From Squalus acanthias (lineage: Eukaryota): a stretch of DNA of 64,000 nt. The stretch lies in assembly GCA_030390025.1 (NCBI GenBank), contig JASTWF010000036.1:1364001-1428000 (forward strand). Direction: 5' to 3'. Of the stretch, positions 35,418 to 47,729 are shown in pieces. Below the pieces are notes generated by a model. It did no database searches and was not told the origin of the DNA. It worked only from the letters and a program-made list of their open reading frames with translations. Numbering within the stretch: the stretch's first letter is position 1; the number at the start of each line of letters is the position of its first letter. Position numbers and translations under genes: made by a program.

Positions 35418-37881
35418 TCCTGCCTCTTGAATGTTGTAAGGGTTCCTGCCTCCACAATCCTTTCAGGCAGTGAGTTCCAGACTCCAACCACCCTCTGGGT
35501 GAAAAAGTTCTTTCTCAAATCCCTTCTAAACCTCCCGCCCTTTACCTTGAATCTATGCCCCCTTGTTATAGACCCCTCTACTAAGGGAAAAAGCTCCTTA
35601 GTATCCATCCTATCTATGCCCCTCATAATTTTGTATACCTCAATCATGTCCCCCCTCAGCCTCCTCTGCTCCAAGGAAAACAAACCCAATCTGCCCAGTC
35701 TCTCTTCATAGCTGAAGCGCTGCAGCCCAGGTAACATTCTGGTGAATCTCCTCTGCACCCTCTCCAAAGCGATCACATCCTTCCTGTAGTGTGGCGACCA
35801 GAACTGCACACAGTATTCCAGATGTGGCCTAACCAGTGTTTTATACAGCTCCATCATAACCTCCTTGCCCTTATATTCTATGCCTCGGCTAATGAAGGCA
35901 AGTATCCCATATGCCTTTTTTACCACCTTATCCACCGCCTTCAGGGATCTGTGTACTTGCACACCAAGATCCCTCTGACTCTCCGTCTTGCCTAGGGTCT
36001 TACCATTCATTGTGTATTCCCTTGCCTTGTTAGTCCCTCCAAAGTGCATCACCTCGCACTTTTCCGGATTAAATTCCATTTGCCACTGTTCCGCCCATCT
36101 GACCAACCCATCTATATCGTCCTGCAGACTGAGGCTACCCTCCTCGCTATTTACCACCCTACCAATTTTTGTATCATCCGCGAACTTACTGATCATACCT
36201 TTTACATTCATATCCAAGTCGTTAATGTAGACCACAAACAGCAAGTTCACCGATCCCTGTGGTACCCCACTGGCCACAGGCTTCCAGTCACAAAAACAAC
36301 CTTCGACCATCACCCTCTGCCTTCTGCCACTGAGCCAGTTTTGTATCCAATGTGCCAAGGCACCCTGGATTCCATGGGCTTTTACCTTCTTGACCAGTCT
36401 CCTGTGCGGGACTTTATCGAAGGCCTTACTGAAATCCATGTATACCACATCCACTGCGTTACCCTCATCCACACACCTAGTCACACCCTCAAAAAATTCA
36501 ATCAAATTAGTCAGACATGATCTTCCCTTGACAAAGCCATGTTGGCTAACCCTGATTAATCCTTGCCTCTCCAAGTGGAGACTAATTTTGTCCCTCAGAA
36601 TTTTTTCCAATAATTTTCCTACCACTGATGTTAGGCTCACTGGCCTGTAGTTCCCCGGTTTTTCCCTACTCCCTTTCTTGAATAATGGTACTACATTAGC
36701 GGTTCTCCAGTCCTCTGGCACATCCCCTGTGGCCAGAGAGGTTCTGAATATATGTGTTAGAGCCCCCGCAATCTCCTCCTTTCTATACTCCTCTAGGGCT
36801 TCCACTGTTTTTAGTCCTTTGTATCTGCCAAAAGCCTCCCTTTTTTTCCTAATCCATTCTTGTATATCCCTTGACATCCAGGGTTCCCTGGGCTTGTTGG
36901 TCCCACCCTTGACCTTTACGGGAACATGTTGGCATTGTACTCTCTCTATTTCCTTTCTGAAAGACTCCCACTGCTCTGATGTGGATTTTCCTACAAGTAG
37001 CTGATCCCAGTCCACTTTGGCCAGATCCTGCCTTATCATATTAAAATCGGCCTTCCCCCAATTTAGAACCTTTATTTCCGGTCCATCTTTGTCCTTTTCC
37101 ATGACTACCTTAAATCTCACCGAATTATGGTCACTGTCACCAAAATGCTCTCCTACTGACACTTCTACCACTTGCCCGGCTACATTCCCTAGAATTAGGT
37201 CCAGTACCGCCCCCTCTCTTGTAGGACTTTCTACATGCTGGCTCAAAAAGCTCTCCTGGATGCACTTTAAGAATTCCGCACCCTCTAAGCCTTTCACACT
37301 CTGACTATCCCAGTTAATATTGGGGAAGTTGAAATCCCCTACTATTATTACCTTATTATTTCTACACTTCTCTGAGATTTGCCTACATATCTGTTCCTCT
37401 ATCTCCCCCTGACTGTTTGGGGGCCTATAGTACACTCCCAGCAAAGTGCTTGCCCCCTTCTTGTTTTTAAGTTCTACCCATATGGCCTCATTAGAGGAAC
37501 CTGCTAAGAGATCATCCCTCCTTACAGCAGTAATTGACTCCTTGATTAATATTGCGACACCCCCTCCTCTTTTACACCCCCCTCTGTCTCACCTGAAGAT
37601 TCTATACCCCGGAATATTGAGCTGCCAGTCCTGCCCCTCCCTCAACCATGTCTCTGTGATAGCAACAATATCATACTCCCATGTGTTCATCAACACCTTC
37701 AATTCATCTGCCTTACTCGCAAGACACCTTGCATTAAAATAAATGCCATCCAGCCTTGCCATACTCCCTTGTGCCGTTACATATTTGCTCTGCCTTCCAG
37801 GCTGACTTGTTTTTTCCTCTATATTTGGCTGTGCATCACTCCCTACTATAGCTCCACTCCGTATCCCAACCCCCTGCCAAG

Positions 37882-38857
37882 TTAGTTTAACCGCCCCCGC
37901 GCCCCCCCCCCCCCCCCCGCCTCCAACAGCACTAGCAAACCTCCCCGCAAGGATGTTGGTCCCGTTCCGATTCAGGTGCAACCCGTCTGACTTGTACAGG
38001 TCCCACCTTCCCCAGAAGCAGACTCAGTGATCCAGGAAACTAAAGCCCTCCCTCCTGCACTAACTCTTTAGCCACGCATTCATCTGCTCTATCCTCCTAT
38101 TCCTATACTCACTAGCACGTGGCACCGGGAATAATCCAGAGATTACAACCTTTGAGGTCCTGCTTTTTAATCTGCTACCTAGCTCCCTAAATCCTTGTTG
38201 CAGGACCTCATCCCTCTTTCTACCCATGTCGTTGGTACCAATGTGAACCACGACCTCTGACTGTTCACCCTCCCCCTTCAGAATGCCCTGCAACCGTTCA
38301 GTGACATCCTTGACCCTGGCACCAGGGAGACAACATACCATCCTGGAGTCACGTCTGCGGCCACAGAAACGTCTATCTGTTTCCCTTACGATAGAATCCC
38401 CTATCACTATTGCTCTCCCACTCTTTTTCCTCCCCTCCTGTGCAGCTGAGCCACTCGTAGTGCCACGGACTTGGCTCTTGCTGCATTCCCCTGAGAAACC
38501 ATCTCCCCCATCAGTATCCAAAACAGAAAATCTGTTGGAGAGGGAGATGGACCCAGGGGACTCCTGCACTACCTTCCTAGTTCTTTTACTCTGTCTGGTG
38601 GTCACCCATTCCCTGTCTGCCTGTGCACTCTTTACCTGCGGTGTGACCACCTCGTTAAACGTGCTATCCACCAAGATCTCAGCTTCGCGGATGCTCCACA
38701 GTGACTCCAGCCGCAGCTCCAGCTCCGAAACGCGGATTTTGAGTAGCTGCAGCTGGAGACACTTCCTGCACATGTGTTCGCCCTGGACACCGAAAGTGTC
38801 CCTGACTTCCCACATAGCACAGGAGGAGCACTCCACGCAGCCGAGCTGCCCTGCCAT
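37882..38857 (-). pseudogene. CR1 ORF1 (Zn-finger/coiled-coil plus SGNH/GDSL esterase-like), with premature stops
   Basis: CSSC..CRKC, IGDSIVR, LPGARV, HIGTND, DGLHLN; stop at 38060-38062 and a G-run frameshift near 37900. Confidence 0.88.
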
Positions 38858-39055
38858 GTCCTACCCTTAATTTACTCCCTCTACTTCCTTTACATTAAAG
38901 AATATTAAATACACTAGGGACCTTTAAACACTACTTACTCTGAACTAGAGACCTTACTTTTACTTCAACGACTGGACTGCAGAAATATTCACCACGTCCT
39001 ACTTACCAATCAGCTCCTTCCCTGGTTGTGACATCACTTTAGCGGTTTCGCTACG

Positions 39056-39150
39056 TCGACGAAGGGTCACAGACCTGAAACGTTAACTCTCTTTCTCTCT
39101 CCACGGATGCTGCCTGGCCTGCTGAGTGTTTCCAGCATTTTCTGTTATTT
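39056..39150 (+). mobile_element. Short Penelope-type terminal repeat (family 2), hammerhead 5' part truncated
   Basis: gacgaagggtcacagacctgaaacgttaactct...gatgctgcctggcctgctgagtgtttccagcattttctg. Confidence 0.68.
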
Positions 39151-39479
39151 CTTAATAAGCGCATTGTAGTAGAGGAGTAAGTCTTGACGTGGTACTGAAA
39201 ATGGCAGAAAAGTCCATTACCCCTTTCTGCTGGAGATTCTTATTTGCATCGACAGAGGAAATTATGGCCCATAATGTGTGAGATTGTCAATTTGTGCCCA
39301 ATTATGATTATCTTGCGTTGTAGACCAGCCCATTATTAGGAACTAGATTTAATCTGAGACTGCGCCTTACTCATTTCAGATGGGAGCTTTACAGCCAGAC
39401 AGCAGAGATACGGGAGACTTACATCCTGTTGGTGAGACTGAATTTGAGACAAGAGCTGAGCACCGAACAAGCCTAGTAG

Positions 39480-40345
39480 GAACATAGGATATAGGGACAG
39501 GAGGAGGTCATTCAGCCCCTCGAGCCTGTTCCGCCATTCAATGAGATCATGGCTCATCTGTATCTTAACTCCATCGACCCGCCTTGGTTCTGTAACCCTT
39601 AATACCCTTGCCTAACAAAAATCTATCAATCTGAGTTTTCAATTGACCCCTCAGCGTCAACAGCTTTTTGGGGGAGAGAGTTCCAGATTTCCACTAACCT
39701 TTGTGTGAAGAAGTGCTTCCTGACATCACCCCTGAATGACCTGACTCTAAATTTAAGGTTATATCCCCTTGTTCTGAACTCCCCCCACCAGAGGAAATAG
39801 TTTCTCTCGATCTACCCTATCGAATCCTTTAATCATCTTAAACACCTCAATTAGATCACCTCTTAATCTTACGAACGTACATACATACGAACATACGAAT
39901 TAGGAGCAGGGGTCGGCCACTCGGCCCCCCGAGCCTGCTCCGCCATTCAATAAGATCATGGCTGATCTGATTACTCCACATTCCCGCCTACCCCCGATAA
40001 CCTTTCACCCCCTTGCTTATCAAGAATCTATCTACCTCTGCCTTAAAAATATTCAAAGACTCTGTTTCCACCGCCCTCTGAGGAAGAGAGTTCCAAAGAC
40101 TCACGACCCTCTGTGAGAAAAAAATTCTCCTCATCTCTGTCTTAAATGGGCGACCCCTTATTTTTAAACAGTGACCCCCCTAGTTCTAGATTCTCCCACA
40201 AGAGGAAATATCCTCTCCACATCCACCCTGTCAAGACCCCTCGGGATCTTCTACACTCGAGGGAATACAAGCCTAGTCTATGCAACCTGTCCTCATAATT
40301 TCACCCTTTTAGCCCCCGGTGTCATTCTGGTGACTCTGCACTACA
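39480..40345 (-). mobile_element. Two nested CR1 3' fragments (inner ~39871-40244)
   Basis: Two 3' tails; atctt duplicated at 39866-39870 and 40245-40249. Confidence 0.82.
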
Positions 40346-41684
40346 GATCTCATGGACAAAGTGAATGAAAACGCACTGTTGGATATTTGTAACGAATGAG
40401 ATCGCACATTTGGATGATTGCGTTTCCCCTCTCACCACCACCCCCCACCCCCTCCATGACTGATAGACAGAAAGTCATGTGGGGCTTGTGTGCCCATTCC
40501 CGATTTGCACTACCCAAGGGCCTGACAAAGGACTAGAAAGAAACAATAGGCAAAATTCAGAAGCTTTGCACCTCTGTGGGGTTTTGCACTGCCTTGTACA
40601 ATTTTATAATATTCCCGGGTGTTGTTAACACGCTGAATCAATAAAGGCGGATTTGCATGAGTCGCCCACATCCCAAGAACGAATGCAAAAAGAAAAGAAG
40701 CTCTCGGCTAGATTTCCACCTTCACCGCCTGGGCGCTGAGCATCACCTGGGCAGAGCACGGACGGGTGGGGCAGGATCGCACGTCCCTTATAGAACCCGC
40801 CAGGTTCCCCTTCCCTTCATTTCAATGGAAGAAAAACGGGTGTGAGCCTCCCCGCCACACGTTCCCTTCCGTTCTCCACCCAGGCGGTACCTTAACAATC
40901 GACCCCCCATGCATCCACATCCCCAGAAGCACTTTCTCTGTGGGACAGGCACAGGTGGTAACTGTACGTGTCCTGCAGACAATAGTCCAACCCACGTTGA
41001 TCAATAATACTATTTCAATCGAGGCAGGCGAACAGACTTCAAAAATATCGTGCTGCTGCGATCTTTATTCACGGGGTCAACAGTTCTATATTTCTTTTTT
41101 TAAAAAGAGGGAAAATTCTCTTACTCTTGAAAAATAACACTGATTTAAAGAAAAATATCTGACTGTCTCGTTCTCCAAGAGACCCTTCTGACAGAATCAA
41201 ACGCAATACCTGAAAGGAAAGGGCATTGCCTATTCTTTTAATTCATGTTTATAACAGTGACACTTCTTTCCAGTAAAAGCTAAAATCTTAAGGATGCCAA
41301 ACTGCTGAGAAATGCATAATTTCCAAGGACGGGTCTGTCATAAAGGTAACTGAAGTGCTGTTCTTATCCAACATTTATGCCTTGAAATTGGGGTCTTTCA
41401 CTCTTAGCACATGAATGCTTAATGCATTCTTAAACAATGCCTTTACCTGTTATTTAAAATGAACGGGTTTATTAGCTGACAAAAGCAATTTCACGTAAAT
41501 GCGCTAATATTTAAAGCGCCTAATTTCAATGTAGCATACTTTAATCTGGAAGGTTCAGAATTGGAAGCAGGGGCTAGTTGCACATTATGGGGCTGTAGCA
41601 ATACACTGTGCCATCCAACGGGTAGACACATGGGTTACCACTGCCAAGTTGCCCGCTCCTGAATTATTCAACTGCAGCAACTAG

Positions 41685-41960
41685 AGTAACTAACTAACTA
41701 AGGTAACTGGTACAGCATGAACTGCACTAACTATGGTAACTAGTATAGCATGAACTGCACTAACTAAGGTAACTGGTACAGCATGAACTGCACTAACTAT
41801 GGTAACTAGTATAGCATGACCTGCACTAACTAAGGTAACTGGTACAGCATGAACTGCACTAACTATGGTAACTAGTATAGCATGAACTGCACTAACTATG
41901 ATAACTGGTATAGCATGAACTGCACTAACTATGGTAACTGGTACAACATGAACTGCATCG
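41685..41960. repeat. 33-bp minisatellite (~8 copies, alternating variants)
   Basis: Unit gcatgaactgcactaactatggtaactagtata alternating with the ...aaggtaactggtaca variant. Confidence 0.95.
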
Positions 41961-42126
41961 ACCAGGGTAAAATGGATTGCAGCAACTAGGTTAATTGGTG
42001 CAACATGGACTGCAGCAAATACAGTCACTCCAGGTTACTCTTGCATGTCTCTTAGCAGCTGGCTGAAGATTGTCATTGACAGGGATTTGGTTGCTTGCCC
42101 ATTTTGTCAGCTGGGAACGATACATT

Positions 42127-42893
42127 GGCCCAGAAATTCGGCTCCCTGGTTTCCCGCGGGTGCAAGGATCGTGCGCGCACCTACCTACCGTGCCTGCCGT
42201 TGACCTCTGGGCCCACGGGGACTTCAGCTCCTGGGCCTCCTGCAGCTGCCGGCGCGCAGTGCTTGTGTATCCCAGGGGCGTAGTTAGTGCGATGCGTCCC
42301 CTGGGATCACATGGGCCATGGAGAGCCAATGGCAGCAGACCATCTTTCATTCATAGATTTGACAGGAAGACCTGTCAAATCAATGAATTGAAATCGGCCC
42401 CAAAACAACACCTAAACTTCAAATAATTTTTTTTTAAAAACCATCACATTTTTAAAATAACTATAAGTTAAATAAATTAACTACTTTAAATAAAAATTAA
42501 AATTTTTGAAAAAATTAAAATACTTTTTACCAGTGCTAAAAATAAACTTACCTTTCTTTAAAGTATCTAAAAAAGATAAACCTGTTGAAATTTTTTTTAA
42601 ATTGTAATTAATTAACCACTTCCCTTGTTAAAAACAGGCCTTGCGCCTCCTTTTTAAAAGCGCAGGTTCTTCAATACTTACCTTCCCGGAGAAACCTGAA
42701 AAAAAACCTAAGTTCGCTGCGTGCGCGCAGCCTCTCCCGCGCACGCGGTTCACCTCTGAACCTCCCCCTTCACGAGATCGGAAGTTCCGGTTTCCCGCGC
42801 ATGCGCAGTGCATGCAGGAAACCGGCACTTCAGGGGGCCTTATGGGTGAGTACACAGCGCGTACTCACCCGGCAAGCGCCGAATTTTTGGCCC
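42127..42893. mobile_element. MITE (PIF/Harbinger-like), GC-rich arms with AT-rich core
   Basis: TIRs ggcccagaaattcggc / gccgaatttttggccc; TSD ATT (42124-42126, 42894-42896). Confidence 0.82.
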
Positions 42894-44462
42894 ATTATGT
42901 TGGGAGAAGGAATCGGACAAAAGAAGAGATGGAAATGAATTGAATGTATGTGTAGAGTTCAAGCAGTGTGATGACAGAGTGACAGTCCAGGAGCTTTTGT
43001 GTGCAGACCTCCACTTGTTGAATCCATGATCTTGGCTGCTTTGCTGAGGGAAGGTGTCAAGTGGGCGCAGGGAATGCACTAAATGGAATCTAGGCCCTCG
43101 CACACAGGGAGGGAATGAATGGCCCATTCTTGTACACCTCTTAGTGGACGATTTCAGAGCACAACCAGAGGAGAAACCAAAAAAACCCCAGAAGATGCTG
43201 TAAACACTCAGCAGGCCCATCAGCATACCTGGAGAGAACAGACAGGTCAACATTTCAGGTGTGGACTCTTTGTCAGTATTGGAGGAGGCCTGTTCACAGG
43301 TTTCTGCTGATGGTCTGTTGTGTGGCAAGAGCAAATTCAGGAGAAATTTACCTAAAAAAAAGAGCTTGTGTGGAGAGAAAGTTTATGTACATAAAACCGT
43401 TTTCAATTTACTGAGTATTTCAGACTTGAAATAACTGGAAGTACAAAACTTGGTCCTCATTTAGATTTGAATGTTCCATTCTAATCATGGATTTTATTGA
43501 ATACGGCTTATTTACCAACAATCCTGTAACCTGGACAGAATGTATCAAGGTTGCTCGTTATTTCAAACTGATGAGATGTATGTTGAAGAAACCTTTGTTA
43601 GTGAAGGTTATACTGTTTCTTTCAGTTTTGAAGTAATTGAAATACTCAGTAAAGTTCTTGGAATACAGTCACTCTCAAAGTCCCATGCTCTGTAGAAACC
43701 TCAGTCTCTCAGCATGTTTACATAAATGTTATTGGATCTGCAGTAAGCAGTCAAACCAATGAACCAATCTGTCTTTGTGCACATTTCTATAATAGATTAT
43801 TCTTTAGAAGTGATACTGGTAGAAAGTTGATTCTAGCCATCGACCTGTTGAATATGCAATATTCTTACTTGCGAGAGCTTTCATAGAATCTCCTTGGGAC
43901 CAGCATTAATTCATTAGTCTTGCATGGTTTGTGTTGGGTGCAGGCTTGTGCCAGTTTCAGCCTCCTTGCCAGTGGGCAAATGCTTTAAAACACTGAAGGG
44001 GCCAATGATGCCAACACTGTTGATCTGATTGAATTCTATGGAGAATTACAGAAGATTCTTGTGGCACTTTGAACCAAGGAATGTAACTTCTTCTGTGGGC
44101 TGACAACTGTATTAAAACAAAGACAGGAACTTACTGCAAACTGGTTAACCAGTGCACTAAAAATCCCAATCTCCTAAGGGTACCTGGGGTAAGTGCTGAG
44201 TGCAAGCAAGGTGTTTTCTCCACGGAGAGGCAGGGAGCAAAATTGGAGGCCATGTCAACTCGGAGAACTCCCAAGCACCTTCTGCTCCTCAATTGTACAG
44301 TGGAATTGGCAGAGGCATAGTGAACCCTGGATGTTCATCCTGTTGGCAAGTGCATGCCATCAGGGCATATCCATTCCATTGGCATGATGGATATGAGAGT
44401 ACCCGACATATCCATCCTACTAGCAAGATGGATATGGAAGTACTCTACACGTCCATCTGATT

Positions 44463-44840
44463 TGTGGCTCAGTTGGTAGTAATCTTGCCTCTGAGTCAGA
44501 AGGTTGTGGGTTCAAGTCCCACTCCAGAGACCTAAGCACAAAATCTAGGCTGACACTGCAGTGTAGTACTGAAAGAGTGCTGCGCTGTCGGAAGGTGCTG
44601 TCTTTCGATTGAGACGTTAAACCGAGGCCCTATCTGCCCTCTCAGGTGGATATAAAAGATCCCCTGTAACATCATTAAAACAGATGATCTGGTCATTATC
44701 ACATTACTGTTTGTGGGAGCTTGCTGAGTGCAAATTGGCTGCCGCATTTCCCACAGTACAATAGTGACTACACTTGAAAAAGTATTTCATTGGCCGTAAA
44801 GTGCCTGAGGTTGTGAAAGGTGCTGTATAAATGCAAGCCT
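44463..44840 (+). mobile_element. Deu-domain SINE with internal deletion
   Basis: A box tggctcagttgg, B box ggttcaagtcc; shared tail. Confidence 0.88.
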
Positions 44841-45139
44841 TCCTTTTTTCCCATTGGCATTTGGGAGTACTTTGGGTGGAGGGTGTGGGGGGTGCTCGTC
44901 CAATCTCTTCGCAAGAGTGTGCCATGAGCACATGCCGGATGTCCGTGCTGTGGGGAGCTGACGGGAGCTGTGCTACTAGCACTGAACGCACCAATGGTAC
45001 CAAATGCCACTTGTCACAGTTGTCTCTCTTTTACCACCAGTGCTGTAAAATCCACCCTGCACTGTTAAACAGAATGGATTTCACAGAATGCGGAGCCCCG
45101 GCACATCGCAGGACAGTGGCAATACAATTAAGGTAATAA

Positions 45140-45699
45140 GGGGGAAAAATCCGGTTGCTTTGTGCCTCCCGTTAGCGCCCCTCGCGCTGCGCCTCTGGTG
45201 ATGACGTCATCGCTGTGCGCAGCGCCCCGCTCGCGCCCAGGCCGCAAACTTGGCTCGCGGCCCCATTCCTACCGCCAGACGCTCTGTCCGACAGGGTCAG
45301 GGTGCCGTGTTTGCGGCCGGGGTGGTGCAAATTAAAGGGCAGGTGCCGGGCGGCCATTTTGTTTTGGGCCGCCTGCCAGCACCTGCCTCCTCTCGCCTCC
45401 TCCTATGGGGTGCCGGCCGCGATTGCTCAGCCCAGCGCTCCTCGAGTGCCGGGCTCTTTTCCCGGCACCCTGCTCCCCGGTGGTCCAGCAGGGCTCCGGT
45501 GCGCGCTGCGCTAGGCCCCTCCCCTTTAATGAGGGGAGGGAGGCCTGCAGCACCGCGGCGCTACGTGCCGACGCGGGTGGCGATGCTGCACGTAGCGCCG
45601 CGATATTCAATGGGAGCGCCCCAAGAGGGAGGGGGAGCGCTTCCAGTAGTGCCCTGGCGAAGTTAGCGCCCCAAAGGGGCGCGACCCAATTTTTCCCCC
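45140..45699. mobile_element. GC-rich MITE (PIF/Harbinger-like)
   Basis: TIRs gggggaaaaat / atttttccccc; TSD TAA (45137-45139, 45700-45702); inverted homologue at 60945-61508. Confidence 0.87.
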
Positions 45700-47259
45700 T
45701 AAGAGTTTTATTTAAAAGGTGGAATAAAACTTAGCTTTCCAAACAGGGGGGAAAAAAAGGCCCCAGCTTCAAGCGATTTTGAGAAATCTGTTTGCGGAAT
45801 GAAAGTCTCCCATAATCTGAAACTAATTGGTCATTTTTAGAGCTGTCATGTGTGTTATTACCAACTGTGCCAGAGGTACTCTGCCGGTAGATGCTGTCCA
45901 AAAACTGCAGGATTTAATTGCGCGCTTGCCAATTTGGAAAGGAGAGCTTTGTCCTTGCTTGTCTGAAGCATTTCTTCGACTCTGCGCAAGACGGTGTTGC
46001 CATTAAAAAAAATTAAGTTCAGAAGCCGCATGAAAATGCCACCGGAAACCTCAAACCTTTTTTAGTCTTATCGCAAAGAAAGGAGGGGTTAATTCTTTCA
46101 GTGTCGGAGCTTAGAAGACATCTGAAACATGACAGGCATTAGATAATTGCTTTGGAAATAAAAGCCGGAAATGTACAGTAAGCCCTGAAAAAAAAAGCGA
46201 GGCCTCATTTTGGGTAGAGGACCATGCTAATTGTGTGTTAAAGTGCAGTAATTTTGTGTGTTAGTATTAATGGAGCAGGCATTAACTTTTGCCTATGCAA
46301 ACAGTAATACATGCTAATGTGCAGGCCTGGTATTAACCTTGCTGTTGCTTGTTAGTCTTGTTAAGGGCTCGTTTGTCTCGACATGTTTTTAGGCTTGACT
46401 TGTTGCTATGGCATTATTGATGCTTGTCCAGAGTTGAAGGAGTGGGAAGTTACACAGAGTGAGCTGAAACAGATTAAACTAGCATGTGGGATAATAGGAA
46501 ACTGAGGCATGAGGCATAAAGTGGCGTGGAGGGTGGAGAAACATCACAGACAGTGCTGATGGGAAAGGACGTCACATGCCAACAAGCATATGCCGTTGAT
46601 GTTAAAGCCATCAGCTATGTTGCTGTGCTTGAGAAAGCAGAGCTGAGGAGTACCAAATTCTGTTAAAATGTGAACTTTGCATACGTACTCAGGATCAGCA
46701 GTTTACTAAGACGATGTTTACGACACCTGCTGATATCCAACCTGTTCTTAGCACTGAATGGCTCTCTTCCGTACAGTGCATGCTTTCAAACTGGGATGCC
46801 TGAGCACAGGTGTATTTATAGGTTATGATGTTGCCAAAGGACCCTTTCTGAACTGGGCACAGGAGCTGGCTGCTGCCCCTGCCAGTTTAGGCGTACTTGT
46901 GTGCGTTGTCACGTTGCCTCTGCTTATAGCGCAAAAGAATCCGTTTACAGATATCATGAATATGCAGCCAAGCTTATAAGGCATCCCAAACGTGACAGGC
47001 ATTAGATCACTGCGTTGGAAATAACGGCAGAAAATGCTGGAGATGCACAGTTAGCCCTTCAGCTCCTGAAATAAAGGTAGGCCCCATTTTGGGTGGAGGC
47101 CCTTCGTCCAGACCAGTGAAGAACTGTTAACCCACGCTTTCTCTTTTCAGATGCTGACTGACCTGCTCTTTATTTCCAGCATTTTCTTTGATTTTAGATT
47201 TCCAATGGGCTTTCTTTTTGCTTTTGAACACTTCATTTCATTTACTAGCACATAAAGCT

Positions 47260-47635
47260 CGGCTGACACTCCAGTGCAGTGCTGAGGGAGTGCTGCACTG
47301 TCGGAGGTGCCGTCTTTCGGATGAGATGTTAAACCGAGGCCCCGTCTGCTCTCTCAGGTGGACGTAAACGATCCCATGGCACTAGTTCGAAGAAGAGCAG
47401 GGGAGTTCTCCCCGGTGTCCTGGCCAATAGTTATCCCTCAATCCACATAACAAAAACAGATTATCTGGGCATTATCACATTGCTGTTTGTGGGAGTTTGC
47501 TGTGCGCAAATTGGCTGCCGCGTTTCCCACATTACAACAGTGACTCCACTTCAAAAAGTACTCCATTGGCTGTAAAGCGCTTTGTGACGTCCGGTGGTCA
47601 TGAAAGGCGCTATATGCAAGTCTTTCTTTTCTTTT
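47260..47635 (+). mobile_element. Deu-domain SINE lacking the tRNA head
   Basis: ggtgccgtctttcggatgagatgttaaaccgaggcccc core plus tail. Confidence 0.9.
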
Positions 47636-47729
47636 TACCTACAACAGGGTTAACTGTTTCACTCTTACTCCATACCTCCTGTTGAGGCACTTTATATGAT
47701 TTCAGCCTCATAGTTTTGAAAATGACATC

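Larger units (their letters stand above)
33576..35424 (-). mobile_element. Penelope-like element (family 1, Neptune-type), 5'-truncated, inserted in the inner CR1
   Basis: 11-bp TSD tcttgaatgtt (33565-33575, 35425-35435); RT plus GIY-YIG ORF; 3' UTR with hammerhead motif. Confidence 0.93.
33416..36778 (-). mobile_element. Second, 5'-truncated CR1 inserted into the outer CR1 in the same orientation
   Basis: Own 3' tail at 33416; TSD cttt (33412-33415, 36779-36782); removing it restores EEYRK-CRGVLKKE in the outer ORF2. Confidence 0.85.
31389..39050 (-). mobile_element. Near full-length CR1 LINE (5' UTR, ORF1, ORF2) carrying nested insertions
   Basis: ORF1 at 38857-37882. ORF2 from ATG 37762 (YFNARCL, AITETWL, GDFN, SDH endonuclease motifs) to 36779, continuing 33415-32972 and 32843-31519 (RT, FADD). 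Confidence 0.9.

Noticed and set aside
35375..37444. 689-aa ORF as an intact active ORF2 or host gene
   Set aside because: Chimera of two CR1 copies; the upstream endonuclease part has a premature stop (37589-37591), the RT has small deletions (GSVNLLF) and the end is cut by a PLE.
41690..42028. 112-aa hydrophobic repeat ORF (VSAVHAVPVTL)n
   Set aside because: Translation of a 33-bp minisatellite; no ATG start or splice evidence.
43568..43592. CTGATGA...GAAAC hammerhead-like core
   Set aside because: The intervening sequence cannot form stem II and no stem I pairing is evident.
45172..45734. Multiple overlapping Ala/Pro/Arg-rich ORFs in GC-rich blocks (also 53600-56330, 60845-61600)
   Set aside because: Stop-poor GC-rich MITE interiors; frames are not conserved between copies and show no transposase motifs.
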